Below are positions 1-10,452 of a stretch of DNA of 64,000 nucleotides, one piece after another. The stretch comes from an uncultured Clostridium sp. Lineage in GTDB: Bacteria > Bacillota > Clostridia > TANB77 > CAG-508. Position 1 is the first letter of the stretch, and each line of letters starts with the position of its first letter. A program made the translations under genes and the position numbers. The stretch covers positions 720-64,719 of the forward strand of contig CAOJRU010000009.1 in NCBI GenBank assembly GCA_948442365.1, read 5' to 3'. A model generated the notes under the pieces. That model did not search any database. It had not been told where the DNA came from and saw nothing but the letters and a program-made list of their open reading frames with translations.

Positions 1-181
1 TACGGATAATAATATTTTAAAAGAAAAATATGCAAGACTTGCTGAAATTTATAAGACGGATGTTCCTTATATTAGTTTATATAACAATAAATATATAGTT
101 GCCTATAATTCAGGATTAGTAGGAGAAATTAATCCCAATTGGTTCTATCTATATTATGGAATAGAAGGATGGTACAAATAA
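1..181 (+). CDS. 3' end of a probable ABC transporter substrate-binding protein (family 5), partial
   Basis: Open frame from the window edge ...KEKYARLAEIYKTDVPYISLY...NPNWFYLYYGIEGWYK, TAA at 179-181; resembles the C-terminus of OppA-like proteins. Confidence 0.5.
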   Translation, partial: TDNNILKEKYARLAEIYKTDVPYISLYNNKYIVAYNSGLVGEINPNWFYLYYGIEGWYK

Positions 182-204
182 AATAAAAAAATATAAGAAA
201 AGTA

Positions 205-254
205 TTGACAAAACATATTTTTGGTATATAATAAGAGATATCAAACAAAAGTTC
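205..254 (+). promoter_or_regulatory. sigma-A promoter of recA with a possible LexA (SOS) box
   Basis: TTGACA 205-210, TATAAT 227-232; AAAC-AAAA-GTTC at 243-254 is one mismatch from the Bacillota GAAC-N4-GTTC box. Confidence 0.55.
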
Positions 255-274
255 AAAAATAAGGAGGAAAAATA

Positions 275-1328
275 ATGGGAGAAAATACAGAAAAAAAGAA
301 AGCATTAGAAATGGCAATGAGTCAAATAGAAAAACAATTTGGTAAAGGGTCTGTTATGAAACTTCGGAGAGTTCAAAGCAATGGAAATAGAAGCCATACC
401 AACAGGAGCCTTAAGTCTTGATATTGCATTAGGAATAGGAGGGGTTCCAAGAGGTAGAATTATAGAAGTTTATGGTCCAGAATCTTCTGGTAAAACGACA
501 TTAGCCTTACATGTGGTAGCAGAAGCACAAAAAATGGGTGGAGAAGCAGCATTCATTGATGCAGAACATGCTTTAGATCCTGTTTATGCTAAAAAATTAG
601 GTGTGGATATTGATAATTTAATTGTATCTCAACCAGATACAGGAGAACAAGCATTAGAAATTACAGAAAGTTTAGTAAGAAGTGGAGCTTTAGACGTTAT
701 TGTTGTGGACTCTGTTGCAGCCTTAGTTCCAAAAGCTGAAATTGATGGTGATATGGGAGATTCTCATATGGGACTACAAGCAAGACTAATGTCACAAGCA
801 TTAAGAAAATTAGCAGGGGCATTAAATAAAACAAAAACCGTTTTAATTTTTATCAACCAATTAAGAGAAAAAATAGGTGTGATGTTTGGAAATCCAGAAA
901 CCACAACAGGAGGTAGAGCTTTAAAATTTTATGCTTCTGTTAGAATGGATATTAGAAAAATAGAAAATATCAAACAAGATGGCGAATTTAAAGGTAGTCG
1001 TGTACGTGTTAAAGTGGTAAAAAATAAAGTAGCACCGCCATTTAGAGAAGCTGAATTTGATGTCGTTTATGGTGAAGGAATTTCAAAAGCTGGTAATATT
1101 TTAGATATGGCTGTTAATTTAGATATTATCGAAAAAGCTGGTTCTTGGTTTAGCTATAATGGAGAAAGAATCGGACAAGGTAGAGAAAATGTTAAGAAAT
1201 ATTTAAAAGAGAATCCAGATATTTTGGAAGAAGTAGAAGAAAAAGTACGAGAAGACTTTGCCAAAGCATTTGAACAAAGTCTTGGCGAAGAATTACCAAG
1301 TAGTGAAGAGGATGATATAGAAGAATAA
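275..1328 (+). CDS. recA: Recombinase RecA; needs a +1 shift at CGG 365-367
   Basis: RBS AAGGAGG, ATG 275: [30 protein letters not shown], then [C]GGA GAG joins ORF 381..1328 ([20 protein letters not shown]). Confidence 0.97.
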
Positions 1329-1492
1329 AAAGCATGGAATTAACTGAAATACAAAATATGAATTTTTGAAAAGTATTACAATCATTGATAGAATATAGTT
1401 ATAGATTTAAAACTATGAGTTGACGAGTTACATAATTTATGATAAAATTTATATGTTAAGAATAATCTTTAGTGTAAGGAAAGGAGTACAGC

Positions 1493-1681
1493 ATGCAGGA
1501 TAACAGCTACAAGAGATTCGGAGGGGCAGAAGAAGCAGAAAGAAAAAGATTAAGGAACCTAAATATTATTGAAACTTGTGGTATATGCGATGGAAAAGGT
1601 AAAATATATGACCCCTTTATGAGAAAATATGACAGATGTTCAAGCTGTAAAGGAAGAGGTGAAAGCTTTAAAATTTTTTAA
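1493..1681 (+). CDS. Small protein with two CxxCxGxG repeats (DnaJ-type zinc-finger-like)
   Basis: CGICDGKG and CSSCKGRG; RBS AAAGGAG; TTGACG...TAAAAT upstream. Confidence 0.6.
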   Translation: MQDNSYKRFGGAEEAERKRLRNLNIIETCGICDGKGKIYDPFMRKYDRCSSCKGRGESFKIF

Positions 1682-1708
1682 CAAATAATTTCTAAATAGG
1701 AACTCCAT

Positions 1709-1753
1709 AATCAGAAAATCCAATTTATATTGATTAAATTGGATTTTCTGATT
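1709..1753 (+). terminator. Long hairpin after the small Zn-finger gene
   Basis: aatcagaaaatccaattt / aaattggattttctgatt inverted repeat. Confidence 0.6.
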
Positions 1754-1925
1754 TTAAAATTGCTGATAACGTAATATTTAATGATATAATCAATATAGAG
1801 GGAATAAAATGTAACTTATTTTCTTCAAGAATGAAACCTTATAGTTGAAAGTGAAGCTTAAAAAATAATTATCTTGCTATTTTTTAGTATTTGTAGTAGA
1901 ATGGGAAAAAAGAAAGGAATCAACC

Positions 1926-2375
1926 ATGTATACAGCGGAAGAATTTGATAAAGAAAAGACCAAAGTCTTAAAATATATACTATATAAAAAAAGAACAGAA
2001 CAAGAAATACGAAGAAAATTCTCAAACACAATAGATGAAAACATGTTGGATGATATTATTGAATATTTAAAAGAAGCAAAATATATTGATGATAATGAAT
2101 TTATAAATAAGACTGTAAATAACTTTATGCTATTAAAAAGTTTGTCCATAAAAGAAATACAATATAAATTAATGGCGAAAGGATTAAATAAGACGGATAT
2201 AGAAAATTATATCTATGAAAACAAGGAAGAATTACAAGAATATGAAATAAAATCAGCAAGAAATATTTTATATAAAAAAGCAACAACAATGGAACAATCA
2301 GAAATAAAACAATATTTATTAAAAAAAGGTTATCAATCAGAAAATATAAACAGAGCAATGGAAGAAAACGAATAA
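1926..2375 (+). CDS. recX: Regulatory protein RecX
   Basis: KKRTEQEIRRK, YIDDNEF, IQYKLMAKG, YLLKKGY pattern; near recA. Confidence 0.8.
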   Translation: MYTAEEFDKEKTKVLKYILYKKRTEQEIRRKFSNTIDENMLDDIIEYLKEAKYIDDNEFINKTVNNFMLLKSLSIKEIQYKLMAKGLNKTDIENYIYENKEELQEYEIKSARNILYKKATTMEQSEIKQYLLKKGYQSENINRAMEENE

Positions 2376-2397
2376 ATACTACAAAGGAGCAAGAAAA

Positions 2398-3150
2398 ATG
2401 GCAATATTAACGTTAGAAACTAAAAAATATGCAATCAAAATAGACAACTTTGAAGGACCATTAGATTTACTATGTCATTTAATAGACAAAAACAAAATGA
2501 ATATTTATGACATTCACTTAAGCGAAATTACAGACCAATATGTTGAATATTTAAAAGAACAAGAAAAGCTAAATTTAGAAATTGCAAGTGAATTTTTAGT
2601 CATGGCTTCTACTTTGTTATATCTAAAATCTAAAAATCTATTACCAAAACAAGAAGAGGAAGAGGAAGAAATAACAGAAGAAGAGCTAATTCGTAGGATT
2701 ATTGAATATAAGAAATTCAAAGAAATTAGTAAGGTATTAAAAAAGAACTACGCAGATTTTTCAAGAAGATATTTTAAAGTACAAGAAGAAATCACCTTAC
2801 CAAAACAGAAATTAGAAAAAGATTATGATAAAAATTTAATGCCTGACATTTACAAAAAACTGATAGAAAGAAATAGTGTGAAATTAAATCAAAATGCAAA
2901 GAATATAGAGAAAATAGCAATTACTGATAATTATACAGTAGCTAGCAAAGTAAAAGAAATGTTCAAAGTTTTGGTAAAACAAAAACGATTTGTTTTTAAT
3001 AAATTATTCTCTATTAAACAACATAATAGACAAGAAGTAGTTACCGCTTTTTCTGGACTATTGGAACTATCCAGAAGAAGTAAGGTAGAAACATGGCAAA
3101 AAGAGTTATTTGGAGACATTACCGTAGAAAAATCCAAAAAAATAAGTTAA
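2398..3150 (+). CDS. scpA: Segregation/condensation protein A
   Basis: FEGPLDLLCHLI, ASEFLVMASTLLYLKSK, FSGLLEL. Confidence 0.92.
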   Translation: MAILTLETKKYAIKIDNFEGPLDLLCHLIDKNKMNIYDIHLSEITDQYVEYLKEQEKLNLEIASEFLVMASTLLYLKSKNLLPKQEEEEEEITEEELIRRIIEYKKFKEISKVLKKNYADFSRRYFKVQEEITLPKQKLEKDYDKNLMPDIYKKLIERNSVKLNQNAKNIEKIAITDNYTVASKVKEMFKVLVKQKRFVFNKLFSIKQHNRQEVVTAFSGLLELSRRSKVETWQKELFGDITVEKSKKIS

Positions 3151-3155
3151 GGTAG

Positions 3156-3184
3156 GTTTAAAAAAGAAAAAAATGGAAAAACTA
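3156..3184 (+). promoter_or_regulatory. Possible sigma-F promoter for the ytfI/ytfJ-like genes
   Basis: GTTTA-N14-GGAAAAACTA resembles the sigma-F consensus. Confidence 0.35.
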
Positions 3185-3213
3185 ATAGAAAGCTTCAAAA
3201 GGAGGCGGAACGA

Positions 3214-3840
3214 TTGGTTTTTCTTTTTTTATTATTAGCTATTATCTTGTTAGGTATCATTTTATTCTTTTCAAAAATAAGAATAGAAATTACTAATTTT
3301 AGATTTAGTTCACAAACACAAAGACACATCAATAAAGATTATGAAATAAATATTAAATTGTATTCTTTAGGAGTTATTCCCATCTTAAAAATTAATTTAA
3401 ACAAAACCAAATTGGAAAAAATGAAATTAAAAGAAAAGATCAAAAATATTGATTTTACTATTTTAGAAAAAAGGCCATCTTTTGATAAAGAAATATGGGA
3501 TGTTATAAAAAGGTTAAAGATGCAAATTAGGAATATTAATTTGCACATTGATATGGGGACTGAAAATGCCAGTTTGACTTCGATTATTGTTCCAGCGATT
3601 AGTACAGCAATTGCTATTCTACTGCGTAAAACGGTTAAAAAATTTGAAAATCAAATTTTTATCATTCATCCCATTTATCAAAATCAAAATTTGGTAAATC
3701 TGTCTATTTCGGGTATATTTGAAGTCAAAATGAGACATATTATAAATATCATTTATATTTTTATGAAAAAAGAGAAAAAAGGAGTGAAGGAATATGAGCG
3801 AACATCCAATAGAGGGGCTTATGATTACAGCTATGAATAG
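3214..3840 (+). CDS. YtfI/DUF2953-like membrane-anchored sporulation protein
   Basis: N-terminal TM segment, TTG start after GGAGG, directly upstream of ytfJ. Confidence 0.6.
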   Translation: MVFLFLLLAIILLGIILFFSKIRIEITNFRFSSQTQRHINKDYEINIKLYSLGVIPILKINLNKTKLEKMKLKEKIKNIDFTILEKRPSFDKEIWDVIKRLKMQIRNINLHIDMGTENASLTSIIVPAISTAIAILLRKTVKKFENQIFIIHPIYQNQNLVNLSISGIFEVKMRHIINIIYIFMKKEKKGVKEYERTSNRGAYDYSYE

Positions 3841-4402
3841 TATTCAAGATATGATAGATGTTAATACTATCATTGGAGAACCAATTGAAACTTCTAATAA
3901 TATTGTTATTATTCCTATATCAAAAGTATCATTTGGGTTTGCAGCAGGAGGTAGCGAATTTAAAGGAGAGACAATTGATGAATATACCAAAAGGGATAAA
4001 GAAGAGGCGATTCAATATCGATTACCATTTGGTGGTGGAAGTGGAGCCGGTGTAACCATTAATCCAATTGCCTTTTTAGTAATTCAATCTAATAATGTAA
4101 AATTAATGCCAGTGAATCATTCATCATCTTTGGATAAGTTATTAGACTATGTGCCAGATTTAATTGAAAAGACAAATACCATTATGAATCGTTGCATGCA
4201 AAATCGAAAGGAAGAAACACAGAAAATATTAAAAGAAATGCAAAATAAACATAATAAGAGCATGAAAAAAGAAGAAGAGGATAAGAAAGCTATTGAAGAT
4301 AAAATTGAAAAAGAGGTAGAAAAGGTTAAAAAGAGTAAAAAAGTGCCAAAAGAAGAAATTACGTATGAATTTGAATATGATGAGACAATGGAAGATGAAT
4401 AA
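3794..4402 (+). CDS. ytfJ: Sporulation protein YtfJ (GerW family)
   Basis: MSEHPIEGLM, DVNTIIGEPI, PISKVSFGFAAGGSEF, PFGGGSGAGV. Confidence 0.92.
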   Translation: MSEHPIEGLMITAMNSIQDMIDVNTIIGEPIETSNNIVIIPISKVSFGFAAGGSEFKGETIDEYTKRDKEEAIQYRLPFGGGSGAGVTINPIAFLVIQSNNVKLMPVNHSSSLDKLLDYVPDLIEKTNTIMNRCMQNRKEETQKILKEMQNKHNKSMKKEEEDKKAIEDKIEKEVEKVKKSKKVPKEEITYEFEYDETMEDE

Positions 4403-4407
4403 TTTTG

Positions 4408-4436
4408 AAAAGAGCATCCATAAGATGTTCTTTTTT
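4408..4436 (+). terminator. Intrinsic terminator
   Basis: aaaagagcatc-cataa-gatgttcttttt. Confidence 0.7.
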
Positions 4437-4552
4437 GATGTTTTTATAAATAAGAAATAAATGGTTCACAAAAAGAAATATAAATGATATAATGGAACAA
4501 ATTTATAAAACTGGAAAATAAAAACTCAATCATAAGAAATGTGAGGAAAGAA

Positions 4553-5404
4553 ATGATACGTTTAGTAGCAAGTGATATTGATGGAACTATCATAGGAGAA
4601 AATAATATTGTATCAACGCAAAATAGGAAAGCTATAAATGATATGATGCAATCTAACATTAATTTTACCATATGTACAGGAAAGCCTTATGCTATGGTTA
4701 AAAGATTTTGTGAAGATTTACACGCAAGTTATGGGATTTTTGGCAATGGAAATCAAATTGTTGATTTAAAAACAGGAAAAGAAATTTTTCGAAAAACATT
4801 AACAACAGAAGAAGTAAATACATGTATTGCCATTGCTAAGAAAGAAAATCTACATATTCATCTATATACAGAAAATGAGGTTATAACGCCTAAATTAATG
4901 TATATGGATTTAAGAAATTTTATTTTAAAAGATAGTCTATTTCATAATGATTTGAATTTTAAAATAGTTCCTAGTATCGAAAAATATATAAAAAAGGAAA
5001 ATCCGACAGTTTTTAAATTAATCATCTCAAGTCCTTCTAGTGTAGAAAATTTAAAAAGAGAATTAGATGCTAAAATGAATTTAACGATTTATAGAATTGA
5101 AAAAGCAAAAGAATATAAAGATAGAATTATCAATAAAGAATACGAATATTTAGATATTACACCTAATAAAACCAATAAAAAAGAGGCCTTAGAAATTCTT
5201 TCGAAATATTTAGAAATTTCTTCTTCTGAGGTTATGGCCATTGGGGATAATCTAAATGATATTGATATGATACAAAATTCTGGTATTGGCGTTGCTGTGG
5301 CAAATGCCTATGATGATGTAAAAAAAGTAGCTACTTATACAACTGCTAAAAGTGTGGATGATAGCGGTTTTGCAGAAGCCGTTTACAAATATATTTCTTT
5401 TTAA
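4553..5404 (+). CDS. Cof-type HAD-IIB hydrolase
   Basis: SDIDGT, CTGK, IGDNLNDIDM motifs. Confidence 0.9.
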   Translation: MIRLVASDIDGTIIGENNIVSTQNRKAINDMMQSNINFTICTGKPYAMVKRFCEDLHASYGIFGNGNQIVDLKTGKEIFRKTLTTEEVNTCIAIAKKENLHIHLYTENEVITPKLMYMDLRNFILKDSLFHNDLNFKIVPSIEKYIKKENPTVFKLIISSPSSVENLKRELDAKMNLTIYRIEKAKEYKDRIINKEYEYLDITPNKTNKKEALEILSKYLEISSSEVMAIGDNLNDIDMIQNSGIGVAVANAYDDVKKVATYTTAKSVDDSGFAEAVYKYISF

Positions 5405-5508
5405 TAAATAGACCAATTAACAAATCCTTCCATTATAAGACGTACTACATATACGCATATTCACTTTTTAAAGTGAATACTATGATAGTAACAAATGGAG
5501 GGATTTAT

Positions 5509-6800
5509 ATGCGTAGATTACAATTACTAATTTCTTTTTTTCTTATTTTTATATTTATTTTTGCTTTTACCTTACCTTGTTTTGCAGAAGAAACCGCTTA
5601 TGTATGGTCAAGTAGTTCAAATTCTGTAAATACGAAAAGTAATACAGATGATAGCAAGAAAGAGAACACAATGGAATCTCTAAACAATACGATTGCTACC
5701 AATGCGGAGGAAGAAGTAAATAATAATTCCTTAAACCTAGAATCAGCATCAGCCATTTTGATTGAACAGACCACAGGGCAAGTTTTATATGAACATAATG
5801 CACATGAACCATTGCGTCCAGCTTCTGTTACAAAAGTAATGAGCATTTTATTGATTATGGAGGCAATTGATAATGGTAGTGTTACATTAAGTGATGCGAT
5901 TCCTTGTAGCGAAAATGCAGCTTCTATGGGCGGTTCACAAATTTGGTTAGATCCGAGAGAAACCTTAACAGTCGATGAAATGTTAAAGGCTATTTGTGTA
6001 GCCTCTGCTAATGATTGTGTGGTAGCTATGGCAGAACACATTGGAGGTTCAGAAGAAGCGTTTGTCCAAATGATGAATGATAAAGCAAAAGAATTAGGAA
6101 TGAAGGATACTACTTTTAAAAATTGTCATGGATTAGATGAAGATGGCCATGTTACTTCTAGTTATGATATTGCTTTAATGTCTAAAGAATTGTTGAATCA
6201 TCATCCACAAATAACCAAATATACGACTATTTGGACAGATAGTTTGCGTGATGGAAAATCAGAACTTACCAATACGAATAAACTAATTCGAAGTTATAAG
6301 GGAACAACAGGATTAAAGACTGGTTCTACGGGATTGGCTTTATATAATTTATCAGCAAGTGCAACACGTGATGATTTATCTTTGATTGCTGTTATTATGA
6401 AAGCACCATCTACTAAAGTTCGTTTTGCAGAAGCACAAAAATTATTAGATTATGGTTTTAGTACTTTTGGTTTTAAACAATTTGGAAAAAAGAAGAAGTT
6501 GTGAAATCAATTTCGGTGAATAAAGGGGTTCGTGCTAATGTAGATGCCATTTTGTCTGATAATGCAGGTACTTTAATTGAAAAAGGAAAAGACAAAAATA
6601 TGGAACAAAATCTGACTTTAGATGATACAGTAACAGCACCTATTTCAGCAGGTCAAAAATTAGGGGAAGTTTCCTTTTCTTTAAATGGCCAAATATTGTC
6701 TACTGTTGATATTGTTGCTAAAAATGATGTGGAGAAAATTAATTTATTTTCGATGTCAAAAAAAGTAATTTATTCTTGGATTGATTTATTGAGAAGTTAA
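5509..6800 (+). CDS. D-alanyl-D-alanine carboxypeptidase (DacF-like), split by a -1 shift at A AAA AAG (6486-6492)
   Basis: SxxK (ASVTK), SxN (SAN) and KTG in 5473..6504; ORF 6501..6800 is the PBP5 C-terminal domain (APISAGQKLG). Confidence 0.85.
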
Positions 6801-6825
6801 TTGGTGAATTTGCTTTTTATAGTTT

Positions 6826-6862
6826 AAGAAAAATACTCTCTTGGTAAGGGAGTATCTTTCTT
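6826..6862. terminator. Bidirectional terminator between convergent genes
   Basis: aagaaaaatactctctt / aagggagtatctttctt. Confidence 0.6.
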
Positions 6863-6865
6863 AAA

Positions 6866-7583
6866 CTATTTAATAGAAACTAAAGTTGTTGTAACATTAG
6901 CTCCATCGGTAGAAGCCAATATTTTAACATCATAGCCAGCATCATTTCTAAATTTTAAATCATAACTACCATAAGCAACAGCAGCATCTTTTCCTTTTTG
7001 AATATAAGGAACTTTATTGCTATGAGCATGTCTTTCGGTAACTACTAAACTAGGAACCGCTAGAACAGCATTATAAAGAGTCGAACTGATTTGGCAATTT
7101 CCGTCCACCTAATCCTTTTTTCTTATTCCCATTTTTATCGAAGATATCCGCTTTTTGATAGCCTTTGCTAGTAGAAGCTTGACCTACGGTACCACAAAAA
7201 GAGAAAGTTTCGCCATTTTTTACAATTGTTCCATTTAAAGTATTACAAGTAATAGAAATATTATTTTGACGAGCAGAGTCACTCGAATATATTTTGGTTG
7301 TAAAAGTAGCAATTTGTTCTTCTGTAACAGGAGGAGTCGTATTTTCAGCCTCTGCTATCCCTTGTCTTACTTCATTAGTAGAATTGGTCTCAGAATTTTC
7401 AGATTCTGGGTTAGAAGTGTTTTCTCCTGCTTCATTTGTAGTATTCGTAGCAGAGGTTCGATTTGCTTCATAATTATTTTCTTTATTAGAAGAATTCGTA
7501 TTTCTGAAGTAAAAGAAAATACCACTTCCTATTAATATGGCACCTACTATAAGTGCTATTAGCATCCAACTTTTTTTATTCAT
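6866..7583 (-). CDS. VanW/YoaR-family membrane-anchored protein; +1 shift at CGG 7103-7101
   Basis: RQNNI...LNGTIVKNGETFSF...KGLGG [C]GGA AAT TGC restores GGGNCQISSTLYNA; then ERHAHS, DAAVAYGSYDLKFRN. Confidence 0.9.
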
Positions 7584-7696
7584 TTTAAATCACCAAAGAT
7601 AGTGTAACCAAAATTGTATGAAATTATTGACATTTTTAAAAAATAAAAGTATAATTAATGGTGTAGTATTATTTTATTTTAAAAAGGAGAAAAATC

Positions 7697-7861
7697 ATGT
7701 TAAAAAGATATTGGAAAAGAATAGGAATGATTATTTTGATTGTAGCTTGTATTTTTAATGTGATGGGCAAATTAATTCATAAACTCTCAATCAATAAAGA
7801 AATGCTTTATTCTGCTCAATATATGAATGAAGAACAACAAAATGAAGAAAATCAAAAATAA
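7697..7861 (+). CDS. Small single-TM hypothetical protein (54 aa), not in the ORF track
   Basis: RBS AAAGGAG; MLKRYWKRIGMIILIVACIFNVMGKL...ENQK*; TTGACA-N17-TATAAT upstream. Confidence 0.65.
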   Translation: MLKRYWKRIGMIILIVACIFNVMGKLIHKLSINKEMLYSAQYMNEEQQNEENQK

Positions 7862-7939
7862 TACTTGAAAAATGGAAAAAAATATGTTAATATAAAAAAC
7901 AGTCAAATTATTTTAACACGAGAAAGAGGTGAACTGGGA

Positions 7940-8140
7940 ATGAAAGAAGGAATCCATCCAAATTATAATCAAACAACAATCACATGTGCATGTGGTAATG
8001 TTTTAGAAGTTGGATCAACCAAAAAAGATTTAAAAGTAGACGTATGCTCAAAATGTCATCCATACTGGACAGGTAATTTAAGACAAGAAACAGTTGGTGG
8101 TAGAGCAGATAAATTTAAGAAAAAATACGGTCTTGCGTAA
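7940..8140 (+). CDS. rpmE: 50S ribosomal protein L31 (Zn-binding type)
   Basis: MKEGIHPNY...CACG...[10 protein letters not shown]...GGRADKF. Confidence 0.97.
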   Translation: MKEGIHPNYNQTTITCACGNVLEVGSTKKDLKVDVCSKCHPYWTGNLRQETVGGRADKFKKKYGLA

Positions 8141-8152
8141 TAAAATCAAAAG

Positions 8153-8180
8153 TGGGCTGAATTTTCTCAGCCCGATTTAT
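8153..8180 (+). terminator. Terminator after rpmE
   Basis: gggctga-attttc-tcagccc followed by a T-rich tail. Confidence 0.65.
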
Positions 8181-8195
8181 TTATTTCAAAATATT

Positions 8196-8861
8196 TTATT
8201 TTTGTATTTTTTGAATATCCCCATCTGTAATATAATCATAAATAGCTAACTTGATTTTTTTATTGGTTAAAGGTAAAAGGATAGTCCCTTTAGGGGTGAG
8301 GAATAGCGGATAATTAAAAGATTGCATAAACAATTCAACATTTCCATTATCATTAGAATCATAGCCATAGCCAATTTCTGTAAAATTATTTTGTTCGTCT
8401 TTTATAAAAAGTAAAACATAAGGTCTAAAGTTATGATTTGTATCCAAGATTTCATAAGTAGCTAAATATAAATTTTCCAATTCTATATTTTCTATCATAA
8501 GACGTTTACTATATTTAATATCTAAAAGATTCATTTTTCGGCTATCTTCATGCATAAAATTATAATCTGGTAATTTTTTAACAGGAATACGCTCAAATCC
8601 ATCTACAAAATATAAATTAATAGTGTTTCCTAAGTCATAATCAATATAACTTCTTATATCTAATTTTCCCCATAAAGAAATTAAGTCTTCATTATATTTT
8701 TTCTTTTTATTATTCTCTAAAAGTTCTAAGATGTATAAATTTTCGAAATAGTTATAATCGACTGTAGTTGCAAAACGTCCTTTTTTGTATAATTGGGTGT
8801 AGTCATACTGATAGGTTCTTTTACTTTTATTGGTTTTTAATAAAGAATCAAATTTTCTCAT
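8196..8861 (-). CDS. Hypothetical protein
   Basis: 221-aa ORF, RBS AAAGGA, no recognised motif. Confidence 0.6.
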   Translation of the reverse strand: MRKFDSLLKTNKSKRTYQYDYTQLYKKGRFATTVDYNYFENLYILELLENNKKKKYNEDLISLWGKLDIRSYIDYDLGNTINLYFVDGFERIPVKKLPDYNFMHEDSRKMNLLDIKYSKRLMIENIELENLYLATYEILDTNHNFRPYVLLFIKDEQNNFTEIGYGYDSNDNGNVELFMQSFNYPLFLTPKGTILLPLTNKKIKLAIYDYITDGDIQKIQK

Positions 8862-9039
8862 CGCTTTTCCTTTCTAAGAATTGTCTCTATAATTATTTAA
8901 GTTAATATAAATTAACCTTAGAATCATAAGATTGAGTAACTTACCAATATATTATACCATGAAATCAAAAAACTACAACAAATTCCTTGCAAAATGTAGA
9001 AAAATGTAATAAAATAAGCAAGTATAATGGAGGGATAAA

Positions 9040-10452
9040 GTGAGTACATCAAATGAGATAAAATTACAAGAACAATACATAGAAAAAGTAAAAAAAATAA
9101 ATCAAAATAGAATATTAAAATATACCATTTTAACAATGGGATGTCAATTAAATGAAAATGATTCTGAAAAGTTATGTGGTATGTTAGAAAAAATGGGATA
9201 CGAAAAGACAGAAAACCAAAAAGAGGCAGATTTGGCATTATTTAATACTTGTTGTGTTAGAGAAAATGCAGAAGATAAACTTTTTGGAAAATTAGGAGAG
9301 CTAAAAAGATTAAAAGAGGAAAAAGGCATTATTATTGCGATTGGTGGCTGTATGATGCAAGAAAAACACATCACAGACAAAATCAAAGAAAGTTATCCTT
9401 TTGTCGATATTTTATTTGGAACACATACTTTACACAAATTCCCAGAAAATTTATGTAGAACATTAGAAGAAAAAAGAAAGTTAGAAGATATTATTGATAT
9501 TGAAGGAAAAATTTATGAAGGATTACCAATTAAAAGAGACAGCCATAGCAAGGCTTCTGTTACCATTATGAATGGATGCAATAATTTTTGTAGTTATTGT
9601 ATTGTGCCTTATGTTCGAGGAAGAGAAAGAAGTAGACAACCGAGAGATATCATGAATGAAGTAAAAGAATTAGCCAAACAAGGATATCAAGAAATTACTT
9701 TATTAGGTCAAAATGTTAATTCCTATTTAAAAGTAGAAAAAGAAAAAGGAATTGAATTTGAACCATATGAAGGAATTAATTCTTTTGCCACTCTATTAAA
9801 AGCCATTAATAAGATAGAGGGAATTCAAAGAATACGTTTTATTTCGCCCCATCCAAAAGATTTTACAGAAGATGTAATGGAAGCCATTAGTAGTTGTGAT
9901 AAAGTATGTAAATTAGTACATTTGCCATTACAATCAGGGAATAGTAGAGTGTTAAAAGAAATGAATCGAAAATATACCAAAGAACAATATTTGGATTTAG
10001 TAGAAAAAATGAAAGAAAAGATATCAAACTTAACCTTATCAACTGACATTATTGTTGGTTTTCCAGGAGAAACGGAGGAAGAATTTGAAGATACTTTAGA
10101 TGTGGTAAGAAAAGTGAAATTTGAACAAGTTTATATGTTTATTTATTCAAGAAGAGTGGGAACACCAGGTGATAAAATGGAAAATCAAGTGCCAGAACAA
10201 GAAAAACATAAAAGATTTGAACGATTAAAAGCTTTGGTGGAAAGTCAAATAGCAGAAAATAATCAAAAATATGTAGGAACCATACAAAAAGTTCTAGTAG
10301 AAGGGGAAAGCAAAAATAATAAAGACTTACTAACAGGAAGAACAGATAGCAATAAGGTAGTTATTTTTAAAGGGGATAAAAATTTGATTGGAAAAATCAT
10401 GGATTTAAAAATTATTTCAGAACATATGTGGTATTTGAAAGGAGAAATATAG
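9040..10452 (+). CDS. miaB: tRNA methylthiotransferase MiaB
   Basis: TMGCQLNENDSE, NTCCVRENAE, radical-SAM CNNFCSYC, C-terminal TRAM domain. Confidence 0.95.
   Translation: MSTSNEIKLQEQYIEKVKKINQNRILKYTILTMGCQLNENDSEKLCGMLEKMGYEKTENQKEADLALFNTCCVRENAEDKLFGKLGELKRLKEEKGIIIAIGGCMMQEKHITDKIKESYPFVDILFGTHTLHKFPENLCRTLEEKRKLEDIIDIEGKIYEGLPIKRDSHSKASVTIMNGCNNFCSYCIVPYVRGRERSRQPRDIMNEVKELAKQGYQEITLLGQNVNSYLKVEKEKGIEFEPYEGINSFATLLKAINKIEGIQRIRFISPHPKDFTEDVMEAISSCDKVCKLVHLPLQSGNSRVLKEMNRKYTKEQYLDLVEKMKEKISNLTLSTDIIVGFPGETEEEFEDTLDVVRKVKFEQVYMFIYSRRVGTPGDKMENQVPEQEKHKRFERLKALVESQIAENNQKYVGTIQKVLVEGESKNNKDLLTGRTDSNKVVIFKGDKNLIGKIMDLKIISEHMWYLKGEI

Noticed and set aside
3794-3840. 47-nt overlap between the ytfI-like gene and ytfJ
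   Set aside because: ytfJ has its own RBS and canonical N-terminus; no shift is needed.
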